A stretch of 64,000 nucleotides of DNA from Oikopleura dioica. Lineage: Eukaryota; Animalia; Chordata. The notes under the pieces are model-generated. The model saw nothing but the letters and a program-made list of their open reading frames with translations, did no database searches and was not told the origin of the DNA. Shown one piece after another: positions 58,136 to 64,000 of the stretch (positions are counted from its first letter, which is position 1; each line of letters opens with the position of its first letter). Made by a program: the position numbers and the translations under genes. The stretch is taken from NCBI GenBank assembly GCA_907165135.1, contig OU015568.1, forward strand, positions 13,330,001 through 13,394,000, in the 5' to 3' direction.

Positions 58136-61100
58136 ATGCTTCGAAGGGCTCGTCCACGATTGAAAAACTTCCCAAGTCGGCAAGTTTCGACAACCATTAT
58201 CGAAGCCATTGAGTTTGCGCATGCGACCGGAAAATGTTCCTATGGCGTTCGAAATGGAATCCACGATCTTGTCTTCCTCGAAAAGTGCGATTTGCCGGAT
58301 GTGACGCTTGATAAAAGCTTGGAAATCATTTTCCGCGTTGGGAGTTTCGATCAACAAATAGATTTCAAGGTAACATTATCTCGTTTACGTCTTGTGTATC
58401 GCTTAGAGATTCGCGACAACTGCTCGAAAGCATGTTGAAACAAGTGAGCTATCGCTGGAGACAAGGACGGCCTGTTTGGGTTACCTCAATTTATCGCAAT
58501 CGAGGATTCATGCTCATCAGTCGGATCTAGTCAGGAAATGGTTTATTCTTGATTTTTAGTGTTATAGACTATAACTTATAGTATGGCTATAACGTATGAC
58601 TGTTTTACTGCATAGCATTTCTGCTTCTGATCACTGTGCGCGCCCAACGCGCGGCGACCTTTCCCTTTTTCCCTTTTTGTTATTAATTATTCACTGCACC
58701 ACCAATAATTTCGGCTGCTCCGCCGATATTCTCGCGCGGCGCTCCGATATTCTCGGAAGGGCCGAGAATATCCGCGGACGCTCTCCCGATATTCTTGGAC
58801 GTTGCTCTGATATTCTCGGATAGGCCGAGAATATCCCTGTAGAAAAGTGTACCCTATATAAGGACGACACCCACCATCAAATCAGTAACGTTCTCAGGGG
58901 TCACTTTGAGCAAGACCTACGGCTTTATGCCTAGAGATTACTGTACTGAGACTGTACTAGCGCTGGTCGCAGAATAAATCGGAAACGCTTATTAGCTTTT
59001 TATTACAATTGTAGTGTGTCTTTATTTCACGCAAGCCATACTGCAACATTGGTGTCAGAAGTGGGATTCTGCCTAGTTATTAATTATTCACTGCACCACC
59101 AATAATTTCGGCGAATTTAAAAAAAAAAAATCTATCAAGAATAAGTATGGAATTTATAACGTGAAATTTTTATTTCCAAAAAGATTAAAACACTAAATCA
59201 TCTCTTTCTTAGTTTTTTCTTCTCTTTCAAAGAGCTGGACAATACGCGAAAAATAGTGCGACTGATCACAAGGGAGGCAAAATGCAGAATGACGTCCGAT
59301 TTCAAAAGCGAAAATTTCGGCGCTGAATACATTAATATTTATGGACAAGCGCGCGCTCTGAATGGCTCGAAGCACCTATATTGACTCAGGCATCCAATCA
59401 GACGATAGAAGAAATAAATTATTCATGAAGTGCGCACCCTCTCAAAATCACCATCTTTTAAAAAGTAAGACTAACTTGTCTTCGAAAATTGAAAAATTTC
59501 AATTTTTTGATATCGTGAAAATGCCAATCAAATCAAAACAAATCCTTTATTATTTTGAAGATGGCACCGAAAAAGAAATGGTTTACCGTTATGTGCTTCC
59601 ACGAGTCCTGTCAATATATCCACCAACCGAACATATACAGAAACCAGAGAAATGGCAAATAATTTTCGACATGATTGCGATTATAGAAGAAATCCGTAGA
59701 GACACGACGGAATTCATAGCCACGCAAAACTTCTCCGTCGGACAATCAGAAGCTCTTTACAATCATTGGTTAATAAGCCAGTCAAGGAAAAGAAGAGACC
59801 AAAGGGAGCACTTAATTCTCTGGATCTGCAAAGCAACATTTGTGTGCGACGTTTGGAAATCAAAACATGGAAATATAACGGGAATCGGGACACAAGTGCG
59901 CGTTGCGTTTGATAAAATGTTCAATGGACAGCAAGAATTTTGGAGAAATTTTATGAAGATGGATACCAACTCTGAGACAAAAATTGCGAAAATTCTGATG
60001 GAACAATTCAAGAACAAAGTTGAAACCTGCCTGTACGGAGGAAGATCAACTACTACTCAAGGATTTTCTGAAGGAGGGAAACCTCGAAATAGGCAGGCTG
60101 AATCAGGCATGGTATCGATGAGTCAAGATTCCGGACATTCTGCAAAAAACGAATCACGTTCGAAGAAAAGGGCACAACAAGTGACGGAGATAAATAAACC
60201 TGAAGTTCTTAATGAGCAATTTCAAGAGATGTATTACGCACCATTGAACAATAATGCCTCAGCTGTCGATATAAGACCACTTCCGATTATTACCAACCAT
60301 CACAGTCAACAATCAAGCCTGCAGACAAAGAACCAACAACTGATGAATCAGACTGGAAACGGCGGAATTCAGCCAAGCCAACAAGCTTTCGACTCAACTG
60401 ATGCGACAGGCCCACCAGCTAAACGGCGAAAAATTGTCGGCGACAGTGACTCTTTCTTCATGGCAAATAACACTGGCGAGAAAATTCAAGCTTACCAATT
60501 GCCTGATAACATTGACAAAATTTTGAATTTAGATGGTAGCCAGGGAAATTTTACCGGAAATATGCATGAAGGGACACACATGGTGGAACCAAGCAATCAG
60601 CTACAGTCAGCAACTACTGACCAACAAACTCATCGACAAACCAAAAGAGCGAGAACTCTTTCAGAGCAAGGATCAACAAATAATGACATGAACATTATTC
60701 TACCAAATCAAAGTGCCGAATCATGGAATGATAACAAGAGTATTGAGCCAGATATACGACCAGCAAACGAAATCGGAGAGCCTAATCAAAATGATTCCAA
60801 CAATTTAAATCCTCCTTTGCCGTGCCTCGATGCAGACACCGACTTTGAATCTTTTTTTGCTCAACTTGAGGCGGACAATGTCAAGAAGTTCGATGAAACT
60901 TTCACCTGGAAGTTCTTTTAAAAACTATGATTCCACCAGGAGTTAGCGGAAAACTCTTCACTCCGTGGAAAAGAGGATTTGTCGTTAGAAAAAGATGCGA
61001 CAAATACACGTATATTGTTACCCCAATCGAAGCTCCTAGGAGGCGATTTCTTGTGCATCGCGATCGAATACGCATCCTGCACCGGAATCTTAAGAATTCG

Positions 61101-64000
61101 CCAAAGGTATGATGACGCGTCAGAAAAGTGTATGTTGATGACTAAACGGAATTACCTAGGAGCAGACGACACTTCAGGAGAAGAATAAAGATAAAGAAGG
61201 AATCGTTAAACCGAATGAAAATTCGGTAGTTAATAGTCAGGCGCCACCAGTAGAAACAGAAGAGGAAACATCAACATCAGCGGTGCCTAGAAGAAAGACT
61301 AGAGGACAGAAAGTGTCGTACAGTAAGTTTTTCTGAGACATGAAGCTAAGGATAGAAGATCGTCCTCCAAGAAACTCCATGTCTACAACTCACGCAGAAG
61401 AGACAGAAAACGTCGATTCGGGAAGAGACTTGACTGCAAAATCAAAATTTGTTAACCTCGATAATTCTTTCTGCGAATAAGCCGAGTAAAAGACAAAACA
61501 CTAACTCTGACTTATTAAGATAACTCGAGGTCTACGATATGAAACGAAAACCAAACAAAGACGAAATTAATCACCAAAATGATATGCATTTTGATAAGGA
61601 AAGCACGGAAAATTTACGAATCAATGACGAAGAAATAGAAGAAAAATCAAACAACTCGCCGAAGAAGAAAAAAGTTAGCTACAAAGAAAACAGTCAAGCG
61701 AAATCGACAAGCAGGGGATCAGAATCGCAGATTCAAACGAACCGACTTATTATTGCCTGTTTGATTTGCTTGGATACTGTTAAAACTCCTAAACAACTAC
61801 ATTGTAACCACACATTCTGTAGTGAATGCATCGACTACTGGTACTTGGTTTCCAGTAAGACTTGCCCCCAGTGTAGGAAAAACATAAGCTGGAGCGTAAT
61901 TAACGGACCAAAATGGAAAACAAATTTGATTAACAAATTCAACGAAGAGAATATAAAAGAACAAAAGGTGACGAAAAGGAAGAAGAACTTCGAAGATTGA
62001 AAAAGTTCTAACCGAAGGGAGGAGAGAAGAGAAAAGAAGTTGAATCTTCTTTAATTATTCTGGATCAATCGAGTTACAAAAATGTTTTCGATTCTTCTGA
62101 CAACTCAAACTTTCGTTGATCAAAAAAAACCTGTTATTCACCATTTAAGAAGCCTTACATAAAAAACGTTGTGATGGGATTAAGTCAAGAGTCAATAAGC
62201 GACATCTTTTCATCTCGAACAAGACCTAAATCGACATCTTTCCCGCCTAAACATTCACTTTCTTCTTTCGATTGTGGACAAAAGTCAACGTTTTCAGTGT
62301 TTCACGGAAAGGATGATTGAATAAGTCGGAACTCTGGTCTTAAAATCGCGCAAAAAGTTTGACCAAGTAATATTGCTGCTAAGAAAATGGACGGAACTTG
62401 AGCACAATATCGGCATCACCTGATGATGAATCCAAAATCGATGAATCAACATTGGAGCCCAAGTGTTAATTAATGAAGGAGGGAAGAGTGTTATAGTATG
62501 GCTATAACGTATGACTGTTTTACTGCATAGCATTTCTGCTTCTGATCACTGTGCGCGCCCAACACGCGGCGACCTTTCCCTTTTCCCTTTTGTTATTAAT
62601 TATTCACTGCACCACCAATAATTTCGGCTGCTCCGCCGATATTCTCGCGCGGCGCTCCGATATTCTCGGAAGGGCCGAGAATATCCGCGGACGCTCTCCC
62701 GATATTCTTGGACGTTGCTCTGATATTCTCGGATAGGCCGAGAATATCCCTGTAGAAAAGTGTACCCTATATAAGGACGACACCCACCATCAAATCAGTA
62801 ACGTTCTCAGGGGTCACTTTGAGCAAGACCTACGGCTTTATGCCTAGAGATTACTGTACTGAGACTGTACTAGCGCTGGTCGCAGAATAAATCGGAAACG
62901 CTTATTAGCTTTTTATTACAATTGTAGTGTGTCTTTATTTCACGCAAGCCATACTGCAACACTAGCACTCAAATAAAAGGGAGAAATATTATATTGATAC
63001 AGTATATTCAAAACCATATTCAGAAGTCATCTTTTCGAAAAAAATACAGATGTTAGAACATGTTCAAAACTGCTGAACATTCTCGTCAACGATCTTCTCA
63101 AAGAATTTTCTGAACAAAATGCGAAAATAATTGACACTCTAATTCAAAAAGTCCATCATGACCGAGGGCCGGAAGCAATAAGAAAATCCTTAGCATCAGT
63201 TCTTTTATTCCAAAAGATAAATCCGCTGCTCAGCCACTTATTCCCTTTTGTAAACGTCAAGTCTTCCGAATTGATTTCATCCGACATTCCTTGGATTCCT
63301 TTACTAAACACGAAATATGGAGATCTACGTAATATAATCAGACATAAATGTGAAGGCCTTGTACGACCAATTTACGAACCAATGAAGACTTTACTCAGCT
63401 CTGATTTGGACCCGGTCTCCAAGAAAAACTTATCATCAGAATTGATTGAAGTCCTCGTTGATTCCAGTTTGCATAATCATTTTAGCAAAGCTTATATGCC
63501 GAACAAATTTCATTTCGACAAAGTAATTGGGAAGTTTCGCCATCAAATAAAGCGAATTTATGAAGACCCAGAATTTGTTCATGCTATGATTCCATACCTC
63601 TCAACTATAAATGCTCATTATCTGAAGAATCATGTCTGTTTGCTTCGGAATATCGAACGTAAGAATGGAAATATCGAGCTGGAGCGCACGATTCTGGATT
63701 TGCAAAAAGAAGTCAAATATGGACGAATTCCATCTTGGGAACTGGGAATGGCACTGAGGGGCTTCAGAACATATGACTTAAAATATACAACACCAAGTGA
63801 ACTTGAAGACTGGCTCGATGAAATTCTTGAATATGACGGAATTAATAAAGATATAGCCAGGCAAATTTTCAAAGACATGAACACACCCTGGCTTTCGTCA
63901 AATAATTCGGAGCTGAAGGTCTTGGAAAAGTTGTATTTCTTCGCAAAAGAAAAGAGAATGAAGAAATCGATTAGAGAAGCCATCGTAAGGGAGATAGGAA
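58136..64000 (+). CDS. Orphan large protein, paralog B; intron 58541-63002 contains the LTR element; 3'-truncated by window
   Basis: MLRRARPRLKNF..AIEFAHATGKCSY. A phase-2 GT-AG join gives VRKC|IFKTIF, and the frame is open from 63003 to the window end. KFRHQIKRIYEDPEFVHAMIPYL..NIER..SWELG aligns with DFRSQLERLVEFPSYLALVMPYL..NIER..CWNLG of paralog A. Confidence 0.6.
58560..59048 (+). repeat. 5' LTR
   Basis: Matches 62489-62961 except a 14-bp terminal insertion, one substitution and two homopolymer indels seen. TATATAA near 58855 and AATAAA near 58973. Confidence 0.92.
59050..59067 (+). promoter_or_regulatory. Primer-binding site complementary to tRNA-Leu 3' end
   Basis: TGGTGTCAGAAGTGGGAT, the complement of ...AUCCCACUUCUGACACCA, 1 nt after the LTR. 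Confidence 0.85.
59362..60921 (+). CDS. Unknown 519-aa cargo ORF in LTR element
   Basis: Intact, intronless ORF. It has an N-terminal globular-looking half, a Q/N/S/T-rich C-half, NLS-like PPAKRRK and an acidic-hydrophobic tail (DTDFESFFAQLE). No CCHC knuckle or capsid motif recognised. Confidence 0.7.
   Translation: MARSTYIDSGIQSDDRRNKLFMKCAPSQNHHLLKSKTNLSSKIEKFQFFDIVKMPIKSKQILYYFEDGTEKEMVYRYVLPRVLSIYPPTEHIQKPEKWQIIFDMIAIIEEIRRDTTEFIATQNFSVGQSEALYNHWLISQSRKRRDQREHLILWICKATFVCDVWKSKHGNITGIGTQVRVAFDKMFNGQQEFWRNFMKMDTNSETKIAKILMEQFKNKVETCLYGGRSTTTQGFSEGGKPRNRQAESGMVSMSQDSGHSAKNESRSKKRAQQVTEINKPEVLNEQFQEMYYAPLNNNASAVDIRPLPIITNHHSQQSSLQTKNQQLMNQTGNGGIQPSQQAFDSTDATGPPAKRRKIVGDSDSFFMANNTGEKIQAYQLPDNIDKILNLDGSQGNFTGNMHEGTHMVEPSNQLQSATTDQQTHRQTKRARTLSEQGSTNNDMNIILPNQSAESWNDNKSIEPDIRPANEIGEPNQNDSNNLNPPLPCLDADTDFESFFAQLEADNVKKFDETFTWKFF
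60927..61336 (+). pseudogene. Remnant of pol 3' end (integrase C-terminal GPY/F-like module)
   Basis: SGKLFTPWKRGFVVRKRCDKYTYIV....FLVHRDRIR fits the KL.P.W.GP..V...Y.....VH..RL pattern. It ends in another frame with a typical pol tail PRRKTRGQKVSY. Confidence 0.65.
61539..62000 (+). CDS. C3HC4 RING-finger protein carried by LTR element
   Basis: CLIC-x9-CNHTFCSEC-x10-CPQC and NLS-like PKKKK; intronless. Confidence 0.85.
   Translation: MKRKPNKDEINHQNDMHFDKESTENLRINDEEIEEKSNNSPKKKKVSYKENSQAKSTSRGSESQIQTNRLIIACLICLDTVKTPKQLHCNHTFCSECIDYWYLVSSKTCPQCRKNISWSVINGPKWKTNLINKFNEENIKEQKVTKRKKNFED
62475..62488 (+). promoter_or_regulatory. Polypurine tract
   Basis: GAAGGAGGGAAGAG directly abutting the 3' LTR TG. 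Confidence 0.85.
62489..62961 (+). repeat. 3' LTR (473 bp)
   Basis: TGTTATAGTATGG...ATACTGCAACA. Confidence 0.93.

Larger units (their letters stand above)
58560..62961 (+). mobile_element. Non-autonomous LTR retroelement (Ty3/gypsy-like, possibly Tor-related) with cargo ORFs
   Basis: Near-identical LTRs with TGTT...AACA ends, tRNA-Leu PBS, PPT and integrase C-terminal remnant. No RT, RNase H or protease motif was found. The flanks TTAG/CTAG form an imperfect TSD. Confidence 0.92.

Noticed and set aside
59050-59067. tRNA-like sequence
   Set aside because: It is only the 18-nt complement of a tRNA 3' end, which is a PBS, not a tRNA gene.
59362-60921. Calling the 519-aa ORF Gag because of its position after the PBS
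   Set aside because: No CCHC zinc knuckle or recognisable capsid motif was seen. It is left unassigned pending a structure search.

Overview
This is a compact eukaryotic genome window, almost certainly from the larvacean tunicate Oikopleura dioica. The basis is the 40-nt spliced-leader exon at 5678-5717, which matches the O. dioica SL as I recall it and lies downstream of a 5S rRNA gene, plus tiny introns, GA-AG introns and operon-like spacing. The left 6 kb holds the 3' part of a tyrosine-recombinase (DIRS/PAT/Ngaro-type) element with split direct repeats. Its right end joins a second SL-RNA copy about 2 nt inside the SL intron, so it appears inserted at the SL splice donor. It is followed by a divergent small-HSP pair with five perfect HSEs, 5S, an intact SL gene and a 500-N gap. 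6.3-11 kb is nested MITEs and three tandem-repeat arrays. 12-55 kb is mostly housekeeping genes (SLC35F-like, MGAT1, BCAP31-like, a 3-KH protein, three thioredoxins, SLC25A3, ACC, ACAA2, CCDC86-like, DTYMK, RPUSD2-like, TTC29-like, FH, UBE2A/RAD6) with several MITEs, one inserted in a conserved ACC coding exon. The right end has two tandem orphan paralogs with mitochondrial-presequence-like N-termini. The second is interrupted, inside a tiny intron, by a young 4.4-kb non-autonomous LTR element carrying an unknown 519-aa ORF, an integrase C-terminal remnant and a RING-finger ORF. All assignments come from manual reading and recalled family motifs. No database search was run, so novelty is unverified and exon boundaries are approximate.
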